A stretch of 45,860 bases of DNA from the NCBI GenBank assembly GCA_963660725.1, contig CAVKZU010000020.1, positions 1 to 45,860 of the forward strand, in the 5' to 3' direction. Each line of letters opens with the position of its first letter. Position 1 is the stretch's first letter. This DNA is from Lachnospiraceae bacterium. GTDB lineage: Bacteria > Bacillota_I > Bacilli_A > RFN20 > CAG-826. Shown one piece after another: positions 8,820 to 17,905 of the stretch. Below the pieces are notes generated by a model. It did not search any database, was not told where the DNA came from, and worked only from the letters and a program-made list of their open reading frames with translations. A program made the translations under genes and the position numbers.

Positions 8820-9416
8820 ATGGAAAAAATAAATAGATATTTTGGTAAAAAGAAAGTTATATTAAAAGAAAAATATGATAAATCATTAATTACTTTAATT
8901 AATGGATTATTAAATTCTAAAGGTGGAATTATTTTAATAGGAATTAATCCTCTATCAAAAGAAGTAGTAGGAATTAAAGATTTAAATATTATTAAATTAA
9001 TTAATGAAATAATTATAAATGAATTAAATCCATCTCCTAAAGAATTTATTAATGTTAATATTTTAAGTGAAGATGAAAAAATCGTAATCAAATTAGAAAT
9101 TAGTAATAATTTAGATACTTTATATTCTATTAAAAAATATGGATATGTCCCTAAAGGATGTTATATTTATACAAATGATAAACTAAAGAATATGTCAATG
9201 AAATTAATCTCTTCTAGAATGGAATCTAAAGAAAATACTTATGAACAAATATTAAAATTAATAAAACAATATCCTGAATATTCTTCTGAAAAAATTGGTG
9301 ATATGATTGATATGTCAATGCGAAACACTCAACGTTATATTAAAGGATTAAAAGAAGAAGGATATATTGAAAGAAAAGGATCTAATAAAAAAGGAAGTTG
9401 GGAAGTTAAAAAATAA
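8820..9416 (+). CDS. AlbA_2 (Schlafen-like divergent AAA_4) domain protein with C-terminal winged HTH
   Basis: The N-terminal pattern LITLINGLLNSKGGIILIGINPLSKEVVGIKD and IVIKLEISN...CYIY matches the AlbA_2 core. The C-terminal YEQILKLIKQYPEYSSEKIGDMIDMSMRNTQRYIKGLKEEGYIERKG is wHTH-like. Confidence 0.6.
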   Translation: MEKINRYFGKKKVILKEKYDKSLITLINGLLNSKGGIILIGINPLSKEVVGIKDLNIIKLINEIIINELNPSPKEFINVNILSEDEKIVIKLEISNNLDTLYSIKKYGYVPKGCYIYTNDKLKNMSMKLISSRMESKENTYEQILKLIKQYPEYSSEKIGDMIDMSMRNTQRYIKGLKEEGYIERKGSNKKGSWEVKK

Positions 9417-9418
9417 AT

Positions 9419-9442
9419 GTCTAGAACTGTCTAGACTTTTTT
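9419..9442 (+). terminator. intrinsic terminator
   Basis: GTCTAG-AACTGT-CTAGAC followed by TTTTTT, 3 nt after the stop. Confidence 0.6.
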
Positions 9443-9508
9443 AATGTCAAATGCATAAAAAATAATTTAATTTTTTGTCATAATAATATTTATTTTATAA
9501 ACGACTTA

Positions 9509-10477
9509 ATGTATAATATTATTGTGTCAAATAATACTAATAAATATATAGAAGTTCTTAAGAAGAAAGGTTTAAAAATAAGCGATCAAGAAATAGATAA
9601 AATTAAAGAAATACTTTTTAAAGAAAATTATTTATCAATTATAGAAAATTATGAGGAACCATTTTTAGATTCTTCAAATCCTCAAAAATTTAAAGATGAT
9701 ATTGATTTTTATTCTATTTTTAATTTATACAAATTTGATAAAGATATTAAATCTATTTATTTTAAATATATTTTAAAAGTAGAGCATCAAATTAAAACTG
9801 TTATAGCTAATAGATTTATTTCTTTATATGGAGAAAAAGAATATCTAAAACCAGAAAACTTTGATATTTATAAATTAAATGGCGAACTTGATATTTTAAA
9901 AATAAAACAAGTATTTGATCTTATTATAAAGTTAGAGAGTACTTTAGTTAATAAACTTGATAAAAATGAAAAGATTAGTAAATGCATTTTAAAATTTGGA
10001 TATGTTCCTTTTGATTTATTTATTAATTATCTTACTTTAGGAGAAGTATCTTTATTTTTTAAATTGATGAAAGAAAAAGATAAAAATGCTGTTTCAAAAA
10101 TATTTAATTTAAAAAGTGAAGAACTAGAAATATTTTTGAAAAATATTACATTTGCAAGAAATTTATGTGCTCATGATGAAGTCTTCTATAATTTTAAATA
10201 CAAAACATTAATAAAAACGAATACTATTAAAAATTTCCATTTATTAAAAATTCCTTTTGTAAAGAATAATTATCTTTATGGGATAAATGATACATATTCA
10301 ATTGCAATTGCTTTGTTTTTGATTTTAGATAAAACTGACTTAGCTGAATTTATTGAGTTAATCGAAAATAAGTTTTTGTTTCTTTCTACTTTGGTTAATA
10401 AAGAAATCATCAAAATCATACAAATGAAAATGGGCTTTGGTGAAGAATGGAAAAATATTATTTATATAAAGGAATAA
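9509..10477 (+). CDS. Abi_2 family (AbiD/AbiF-like) abortive-infection protein, HEPN superfamily
   Basis: 322 aa. The N-terminus is typical of the family (IEVLKKKGLKISDQEIDKIKEILFKENYLSIIENY). R-x4-H motif in ITFARNLCAHDEVFYN. No SD upstream. Confidence 0.8.
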   Translation: MYNIIVSNNTNKYIEVLKKKGLKISDQEIDKIKEILFKENYLSIIENYEEPFLDSSNPQKFKDDIDFYSIFNLYKFDKDIKSIYFKYILKVEHQIKTVIANRFISLYGEKEYLKPENFDIYKLNGELDILKIKQVFDLIIKLESTLVNKLDKNEKISKCILKFGYVPFDLFINYLTLGEVSLFFKLMKEKDKNAVSKIFNLKSEELEIFLKNITFARNLCAHDEVFYNFKYKTLIKTNTIKNFHLLKIPFVKNNYLYGINDTYSIAIALFLILDKTDLAEFIELIENKFLFLSTLVNKEIIKIIQMKMGFGEEWKNIIYIKE

Positions 10478-10576
10478 AAAAACCTTCCACTCCCGTAGGT
10501 ACATGGAAGGTAAAAGCATTATTAAACTTCTAATGCTTAGACTCTAGTCCCTTGGGTTCCTAGAGTGCGATCCGAC
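10477..10576 (-). ncRNA. candidate small RNA A (~100 nt, unknown class)
   Basis: Minus strand: -35 TTGAAA (10611..10606), 17-bp spacer, -10 TATATT (10588..10583). The transcript starts near GGAUCG and has three hairpins (ACUCUAG/CUAGAGU, AAGCAUUA/UAAUGCUU, CCUUCCA/UGGAAGG) followed by UUUUUU. No plausible ORF. Confidence 0.45.
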
Positions 10577-10629
10577 ACTAATAATATACAATAATATAAC
10601 GCAAATTTCAATTATTAAATAGAATAAAC

Positions 10630-10736
10630 TAAAAATCCCCCAGCTCCTAAGAGATGGAGGACATGAACCTCTTTTTGTCTACTAAGTAGAACTAGAAGCC
10701 CAGCCCTTGAGACCGAAATACATCAAGGGACGATCC
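10630..10736 (-). ncRNA. candidate small RNA B (~105 nt, paralogous module to A)
   Basis: Minus strand: -35 TTGCAA (10771..10766), 17-bp spacer, -10 TAAATT (10748..10743). Starts GGAUCG, then a 7-bp stem CCCUUGA/UCAAGGG with a 12-nt loop, the same geometry as in A. Ends in a U-run, but the terminator hairpin is weak. Confidence 0.35.
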
Positions 10737-10930
10737 AATAAAAATTTACAATAATTAAAGTCAAATTGCAAGACTTTAAATAGATGTGAGTTTAAAAAAA
10801 GTAAAAAAAGTAAAAAAAACTTAAATTAGATTTTGTATTAAATGAAGTTTCTATTTTAATAAATAAATATGAAAATATGCATTATTTTAAATATAGTTGA
10901 AATATAAATTAATTTAGTATTTAATTAATA

Positions 10931-11010
10931 CCTGTTGAGCTAGAGTGTCTTAAAGTTAATTATTAACTTTTCCCATGACTAACCACTCTTAAAATAAAAC
11001 AGGGGGAGGA
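10931..11010 (+). promoter_or_regulatory. candidate preQ1-type riboswitch leader of queT
   Basis: Nested helices CCTGTT/AACAGG and AGAGTG/CACTCT enclose the hairpin AAAGTTAA/TTAACTTT and a UCCC loop. An A-rich tail UAAAAUAAAACA runs into the GGGGGAGG SD, resembling a preQ1-I tail and pseudoknot. Sits directly upstream of queT. Confidence 0.4.
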
Positions 11011-11015
11011 ATTTT

Positions 11016-11600
11016 ATGAACGAAAATAAAAATAAATCTAATTATTGGAAAGAAATTTTTAATATTAGAACAATTGCAATGAATGGTTTAATTGCAGCAT
11101 TATATGCAGTTTTAACTTATCTTGGTAATATTGCAGGATTATCCTATTCTTTTATGCAATTTAGATTTAGTGAATTTTTAATGTTATTTGTATTTTTTAA
11201 TTCACATTATACATTAGGATTAACTGTTGGATGTTTACTTGCTAATTTAATATCTTCTAGTGGAATTTATGATATTACTTTAGGAACACTTGCAACATTT
11301 ATTTCTTGTATTTTAATGATTATATTCTCTAAAAAAGTAAAATCATTATTCTTAACAGGACTTATTCCATGTTTTATTAATGCATTTATGGTGCCTTTAA
11401 TTATTTATCTTGCATCTTTAGGAACTAGTAGTGCATTTAATATGACTGGAATGGTTTATTTTGTTATGTGGGGATGGGTACTTCTTGGTGAATTATTATC
11501 GATAAACGTATTTGGATATGTGATTTTTATGGTATTAAAGCATTATAAAAATTTCCCTAAAATGGTCGATGCGAAAAGAAATGCTGATTTTAAATGGTAA
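11016..11600 (+). CDS. queT: queuosine precursor transporter QueT (ECF S-component-like)
   Basis: 194 aa, ~5 TM; family motif MQFRFSEFL and GCLLANL; sits next to tgt-queA-queH. Confidence 0.75.
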   Translation: MNENKNKSNYWKEIFNIRTIAMNGLIAALYAVLTYLGNIAGLSYSFMQFRFSEFLMLFVFFNSHYTLGLTVGCLLANLISSSGIYDITLGTLATFISCILMIIFSKKVKSLFLTGLIPCFINAFMVPLIIYLASLGTSSAFNMTGMVYFVMWGWVLLGELLSINVFGYVIFMVLKHYKNFPKMVDAKRNADFKW

Positions 11601-11638
11601 TACTTTAAAAGAAGTAATTAAATTTGTATAATTTTTAA

Positions 11639-12775
<1,137 letters not shown>

Positions 12776-12777
12776 AA

Positions 12778-13803
12778 ATGGATATTAATTTATTTGATTA
12801 TTATTTACCTGAAGAATTAATCGCACAAACTCCATCTCATATAAGAGATGAATGTAAAATGCTTCATGTCCATAAAGATTCAAAAACTTATACTGATGAA
12901 CATTTCTATGATATTTATAATTATTTAAATAAAGGAGATGTTTTAGTAAGAAATAACACTAAAGTCAATCCATCTCGTTTATTTGGAATAAAAGAAGGAA
13001 CAGGTGCTAAAGTAGAAGTATTATTATTAAAAGAAATTTCTAAAGATACTTATGAATGTTTATGTGGAAACGCTAAAGCAATTAAAGTAGGTACAGTAAT
13101 TAATTTTAAAGATATTTTAAAAGGTGAATGTCTTGAAGTTAAAGATGAAGGCATTAGAATTATTAAATTTATCTATGAAGGAATATTTTTAGAAGTATTA
13201 GATAAAGTAGGTGTAATGCCACTTCCTCCTTATATACACGCTGAAATGAAAGATAAAAGTGAATATCAAACTGTATACGCTAAAATAAATGGTAGTGCAG
13301 CAGCTCCAACCGCTGGATTTCATTTTACTAATGAACTTTTAAAAAGACTTGAAGAAAAAGGTGTTGAAATTGTTGATATTACTTTAAATATTGGACTTGG
13401 AACTTTTAGACCTGTTAAAGTAAGTGACACTAAAGATCATCATATGCATAGTGAACATTATGAAATTAGTGAAGAAAGTGCTTTAAAGCTTCAAAAAGCA
13501 AAAGAAGAAGGTAGAAGAATTATTGCAGTAGGCACTACCGCAATTAGAACTTTAGAAGCAAGTTATACTAAAAATGGATCTTTTAAAGAAGATAAAGACG
13601 ATACATCAATTTTTATTGAACCTGGATATGAATTTAAAGCAATTGATGCAGTAATTACTAATTTCCATTTACCTAAATCTACATTAGTTATGTTAATAAG
13701 TGCATTTATGGGTAGAGAATTTACTTTAGAATGTTATAAACACGCTGTCGAAAATAAATATCGATTCTTCTCTTTTGGAGATTCAATGTTTATTGAAAAA
13801 TAA
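12778..13803 (+). CDS. queA: S-adenosylmethionine:tRNA ribosyltransferase-isomerase
   Basis: 341 aa; FDYYLPEELIAQTP, LPPYI, YQTVYA, AAPTAGFHFT, VGTTAIRTLE. Confidence 0.95.
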   Translation: MDINLFDYYLPEELIAQTPSHIRDECKMLHVHKDSKTYTDEHFYDIYNYLNKGDVLVRNNTKVNPSRLFGIKEGTGAKVEVLLLKEISKDTYECLCGNAKAIKVGTVINFKDILKGECLEVKDEGIRIIKFIYEGIFLEVLDKVGVMPLPPYIHAEMKDKSEYQTVYAKINGSAAAPTAGFHFTNELLKRLEEKGVEIVDITLNIGLGTFRPVKVSDTKDHHMHSEHYEISEESALKLQKAKEEGRRIIAVGTTAIRTLEASYTKNGSFKEDKDDTSIFIEPGYEFKAIDAVITNFHLPKSTLVMLISAFMGREFTLECYKHAVENKYRFFSFGDSMFIEK

Positions 13804-13807
13804 TCTT

Positions 13808-13840
13808 AAGAGATCAACTAGTGTTGGTCTCTTTTATTTT
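13808..13840 (+). terminator. intrinsic terminator after queA
   Basis: AAGAGATCAAC-TAGT-GTTGGTCTCTT (one G-U pair) followed by TTATTTT. Confidence 0.7.
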
Positions 13841-14068
13841 ACAGTGTAAAATTATCCTATATTTATAGTAACATTGATTTTAGACATATTCTTTTATTAT
13901 TCTATTTAATGTATAATTTAACTATACTAATTAGTAGATGGCGCAAATAAAAAGATTGAGAAATAAATTAAAAAAGAATTAATAAAGAAATTAAAATAAG
14001 ACTTAAAAAATAGATATCTAATATTAAATCTACAAACATTTTATTTTTATGTTTAAATAATATAAAAT

Positions 14069-15673
14069 ATGCGTATGCAAAATAAGAATTATTACGATGA
14101 ATTCGTTAAAGAATATAAAGAAATTAGAAAAGTTGAAAACACAAAACCTAAATTATTATTACATGTTTGTTGTGCAGCATGTTCATGTTATCCATTACTT
14201 TTTTTAAATGATTTATTTGAAGTTACTATTTTATATTCAAATAGTAATATTTATCCTTCAAGTGAATACGATAAAAGAATCGAATCTTTAAAAAAATACG
14301 TAAATGATTTTAATATTGAAACAAAATCACATATTGATATTATTGAAGATAAATATGATTATGATTCTTTTAAAATTGATTTAGAAAAATATAAAGACGC
14401 TCCAGAAATGGGTCAAAGATGTAAAATTTGTATTGCTAAAAGAATGAAAAGACTTTATGAAGTAGCAAAAGAAAAAGGATTTAAATATGTAACTACTGTA
14501 ATGACTGTTTCAAGAAATAAAGATAGTAATTATATAAATTTTTTAAACGAAAAAATGTCTAAACAATATGAAGGCATTACTTATATTTATACAGATTTTA
14601 AAAAAAATGAAGGTCAAGAAATTGGAGTTAAAATTGCTAAAAAATTTAATGTATACCGCCAAAATTATTGTGGATGTGAATATTCATTAAAAAATTCAAA
14701 AGTAAATGAAGAAAATAAATATGAAGTAGGAGTAATTGTAACTTCATTTAATAAAGAAAATAGATTAGAAAAATGTTTAGATTCATTAAACTTTCAAGAT
14801 ATTAAAGTCCCTTATCTTATTTATTGTTTGATTGATAAAAATAATGAAGAAGATAAATTAATCGCTTTTAAATACCAAACTCTTTATAAAAATAAATTTA
14901 AAGTAAAAGTTGTAGATACTTCAATTTCAGATAGTTTAAATAATGCAATTAAAGAAATAAACGTTAAATATTTATCCATTGTATCTTCATCTGATTTTGT
15001 ATCAAGTGATTATTTATCTATTCCTTATAAAGTAATAACAAAATCTAATAGTGATCTTGCTATATCTAATTACTATATAAATAAGAAAGGTAAATTCAAA
15101 AAGAATTTCTATCCTTTTAAATATTTAAATTCTTTATCAAATAAAGGTATTGCAAAATCATTATTTAAAAATCTTTTATTAAAAGATACTATCTTTAATA
15201 AGATGTATAAAAAAGAATTCTTGATCAATAATAATATTTTCTTTTTATCTTTTGATAAAATTAATGAAGAATTTTTCTTTACCTTTGAATGCTTATTACT
15301 TTCAAGTAAAACTAAATTTATTAAAGAAGCGCTATATTTTTATAATGAACGAAAAGATAAAAAAGATCCTTCTTTAATTTTTGACAAACAACTTAATTTA
15401 ATTAATTCGTTCTTCCTTTGTAAATTTATTGCTTTTAAAATGGATAAAAAAGATAGTGTTGATACCCAATTTATTTTTAGAAGAATTGCTTTTAATATCC
15501 AAGCAATAATAAATCGTAAATATTTAGAAATTTCATTGAAGAGCTATTTAAATCAAATTAATAAGTTATTTAATAAATTAAGCAGTGATCATTATATATA
15601 TGAAGGAGAAGAATGGGAAAAAGCTTTACTTCTATATAATGAAAAATTTAAAGAAAATCTCTATAATTCTTAA
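14069..15673 (+). CDS. queH: epoxyqueuosine reductase QueH (DUF208) fused to a C-terminal GT2-like glycosyltransferase domain
   Basis: N-terminal ~210 aa: LLLHVCCAACSCYP, QRCKICIAKRM, TTVMTVSRNK, YRQNYCGCEYS (QueH Cys motifs). Then VGVIVTSFNKENRLEKCLDSLNFQ...LSIVSSSDFVSSDY follows the GT-A/GT2 pattern with degenerate acidic motifs. One uninterrupted 534-aa ORF. Confidence 0.8.
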   Translation: MRMQNKNYYDEFVKEYKEIRKVENTKPKLLLHVCCAACSCYPLLFLNDLFEVTILYSNSNIYPSSEYDKRIESLKKYVNDFNIETKSHIDIIEDKYDYDSFKIDLEKYKDAPEMGQRCKICIAKRMKRLYEVAKEKGFKYVTTVMTVSRNKDSNYINFLNEKMSKQYEGITYIYTDFKKNEGQEIGVKIAKKFNVYRQNYCGCEYSLKNSKVNEENKYEVGVIVTSFNKENRLEKCLDSLNFQDIKVPYLIYCLIDKNNEEDKLIAFKYQTLYKNKFKVKVVDTSISDSLNNAIKEINVKYLSIVSSSDFVSSDYLSIPYKVITKSNSDLAISNYYINKKGKFKKNFYPFKYLNSLSNKGIAKSLFKNLLLKDTIFNKMYKKEFLINNNIFFLSFDKINEEFFFTFECLLLSSKTKFIKEALYFYNERKDKKDPSLIFDKQLNLINSFFLCKFIAFKMDKKDSVDTQFIFRRIAFNIQAIINRKYLEISLKSYLNQINKLFNKLSSDHYIYEGEEWEKALLLYNEKFKENLYNS

Positions 15674-15701
15674 TAATTTTAAGGATAAAATGCTCAAAAA
15701 T

Positions 15702-15729
15702 AAAATGCGTCAAAAAAACGCATTTTTTT
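15702..15729 (+). terminator. intrinsic terminator
   Basis: AAAATGCGT-N7-ACGCATTTT followed by a T-run. Confidence 0.75.
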
Positions 15730-15730
15730 G

Positions 15731-15759
15731 TTGACTTGAATAAACGACTAGTGTATTAT
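15731..15759 (+). promoter_or_regulatory. sigma-A-type promoter of the ribosomal protein supercluster
   Basis: TTGACT (15731-15736), 17-bp spacer, TATTAT (15754-15759); leaves a ~105-nt leader before rpsJ. Confidence 0.6.
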
Positions 15760-15873
15760 ATATTCGTTTATCGCATGTAATGAGTTGCGAGGTTGCTGGT
15801 ACACCCACAAGAGTTGTCATGAAATGTATCAGGTAATTCGCAATAAACATAGCGTGGAAAAAAGGAGAAATTC

Positions 15874-16185
15874 ATGGCAAAAGCAAAGACTATTAGAGTT
15901 CGCTTACAAGCTTATGATCACAAATTATTAGATTTAGCATGTTCAAAGTTATGTCAAGCTGCTACTAAAACAGGCGCACGTGTAGTTGGTCCTGTCCCAC
16001 TTCCAACGGAAAAACAAGTCTACACAATCTTAAGAGCTGTTCATAAATATAAAGATTCTCGTGAACAATTCGAAATTAGAACCCACAAGAGAATTATCGA
16101 TATCACAAACCCAAGTAACGACACAGTTACTGCATTAAGAAAGTTAGATCTTCCTAGCGGTGTTGAAGTCGATATCAAAATGTAA
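15874..16185 (+). CDS. rpsJ: 30S ribosomal protein S10
   Basis: [14 protein letters not shown]..., 103 aa, AGGAG SD; first gene of the S10 cluster. Confidence 0.97.
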   Translation: MAKAKTIRVRLQAYDHKLLDLACSKLCQAATKTGARVVGPVPLPTEKQVYTILRAVHKYKDSREQFEIRTHKRIIDITNPSNDTVTALRKLDLPSGVEVDIKM

Positions 16186-16202
16186 TTAGGAGGCAAGACA
16201 AA

Positions 16203-16889
16203 ATGAAACAAATCATTGGTCGTAAAATGGGAATGACCCAAGTTTATGCTGAAGATGGCACAATGTATGCTGTTAGCGTAATTGAAGTCTTACCAAATGT
16301 CGTCACATTAAAGAAAACATTAGAAAACGATGGATACGAAGCAATTCAAGTTGGCTACGAAGACAAATTAAAGAACGTTAATAAATGTGAAAAAGGAATC
16401 TTCGAAAAAGCAAAAGTTACTCCAAAACAAAATTTATTTGAGTTAAAGGGTGACGAAATGTTAAATTTCGAAGTTGGCGCTGAAATTAAAGCAGATTTAT
16501 TCCAAGCTGGTGAAGCAATCGATGTTATTGGTACAAGCAAAGGAAGAGGTTATGCTGGTGTCATTAAAAGATGGGGTCACAAAATTGGTCCTAAAGGACA
16601 TGGTAGTGGTTACCACAGACAACAAGGTTCATTCGCTAACAATGGTAGATGTAACAACCGTGTTATCCCAGGCAAAAAGATGTCAGGACACATGGGAAAT
16701 CAATCAGCAACAATCTTAAATACAAATATTGTTAAGGTTGATGCAGAAAAGAATTACATCCTTGTTAAAGGTGGAGTTCCTGGACCTAAAAAAGGTTTAA
16801 TCAAAATTAGAAGTGCTGTTAAATCAAATTCAAAGAAATTAGATGTTAAACCATTAGTTTCAAGAGTTGATGCAACAGAAGCTAAATAG
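16203..16889 (+). CDS. rplC: 50S ribosomal protein L3
   Basis: IGRKMGMTQV, VIGTSKGRGYAGVIKRWG. Confidence 0.97.
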   Translation: MKQIIGRKMGMTQVYAEDGTMYAVSVIEVLPNVVTLKKTLENDGYEAIQVGYEDKLKNVNKCEKGIFEKAKVTPKQNLFELKGDEMLNFEVGAEIKADLFQAGEAIDVIGTSKGRGYAGVIKRWGHKIGPKGHGSGYHRQQGSFANNGRCNNRVIPGKKMSGHMGNQSATILNTNIVKVDAEKNYILVKGGVPGPKKGLIKIRSAVKSNSKKLDVKPLVSRVDATEAK

Positions 16890-16906
16890 TAGAAAGGAGA
16901 TTAGTT

Positions 16907-17530
16907 ATGAGTAATATGAATTTAAAAGTTTATTCACAAACTGGTGAAGAAGTTTCTACATTAGAAGTTTCTAAAGATGTATTCGGTATCAAAGTTAACG
17001 AACAAGTTATCTTCGATGCTGTCTTAACATATTTAGCAAATAGAAGACAAGCTACTGCTAAAACTAAGAAAAGAGCTGAAGTCAGTGGCGGAGGCAGAAA
17101 ACCTTGGAGACAAAAAGGAACTGGTAGAGCAAGAGCTGGTTCAACACGTTCACCTATTTGGGTTGGCGGTGGAACAGTATTTGGTCCTACAGGAGTTCAA
17201 AACTTCAAAATCAAACAAAACAAAAAAGAACATCAATTAGCTTTAAAAGGTGCTTTATCTTTAAAAGCTAAGAAAGACTTAATCGTTTTAAATAGCTTAT
17301 CAGTTGAAGGTAAAACAAAAGAAGTCGTTGCAGTTTTAAATGCTTTAAAAGTTGCAGATAAGAAAGTTTTATTAATCACTGAAGATTCAAAAGTTATGCA
17401 AGCAAGTAATAACTTATCAGGATTAAGCTTCAGAGGATATGACAACATCTCTGTTTATGACTTAATGAATGCTGAAAAAGTTATTATGCTTGAAAGCGAT
17501 GTTAAAAAACTTGAGGAGGCACTTAACTAA
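16907..17530 (+). CDS. rplD: 50S ribosomal protein L4
   Basis: GGGRKPWRQKGTGRARAGS motif; conserved gene order. Confidence 0.95.
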   Translation: MSNMNLKVYSQTGEEVSTLEVSKDVFGIKVNEQVIFDAVLTYLANRRQATAKTKKRAEVSGGGRKPWRQKGTGRARAGSTRSPIWVGGGTVFGPTGVQNFKIKQNKKEHQLALKGALSLKAKKDLIVLNSLSVEGKTKEVVAVLNALKVADKKVLLITEDSKVMQASNNLSGLSFRGYDNISVYDLMNAEKVIMLESDVKKLEEALN

Positions 17531-17874
17531 TGGCTAAGAAAGAAGTAAAAACTGAAGTCGAATCAAAGACATCAGCAAAAACAACAGTTAGTGATTTAGA
17601 TTGCATCATTGAACCAATCATTACTGAAAAAACAATGACTCAATCACAAGAATCCAACAAGTTTGCATTCAAAGTTAAAAAAGATAGCAATAAAATTCAA
17701 ATTAAGAATGCTATTGAAAGAATTTTCAACGTTAAAGTTGAAAGCATTAGAGTTTCTAATGTAATGGCTAAGAAAGTAAGTAGAGGAAGCCGTTATAAAG
17801 GAACAGTTAGCGGATACAAAAAAGCTATTGTTACTTTAAAAGAAGGCGAAACAATCAATTTATTTGCTGAATAG
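17530..17874 (+). CDS. rplW: 50S ribosomal protein L23 (with ~20-aa N-terminal extension)
   Basis: IIEPIITEKT...KFAFKV...YKKAIVTL; start overlaps the rplD stop. Confidence 0.93.
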   Translation: MAKKEVKTEVESKTSAKTTVSDLDCIIEPIITEKTMTQSQESNKFAFKVKKDSNKIQIKNAIERIFNVKVESIRVSNVMAKKVSRGSRYKGTVSGYKKAIVTLKEGETINLFAE

Positions 17875-17905
17875 TCAAACTTATATATAGGAGAAAAGAA
17901 AAAAT

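Noticed and set aside
10477-10736. The two small-RNA modules as SRP RNA, tRNA fragments/att sites, or type I toxin mRNAs
   Set aside because: They have no SRP domain IV motif (GGAA tetraloop with AGCA/GNAR loops) and no tRNA cloverleaf or TPsiC consensus. The only ORFs (5 and 13 codons) lack usable SDs and hydrophobic character. They are kept as unknown-class sRNA candidates.
10791-10820. Short tandem GTAAAAAAA repeats
   Set aside because: Only two units of low-complexity A-rich sequence in an AT-rich spacer; no evidence of function.
13938-13982. 14-aa basic mini-ORF (MAQIKRLRNKLKKN) in the queA-queH intergenic region
   Set aside because: It has no SD, is AT-rich and easily explained by chance, and has no recognisable leader-peptide logic.
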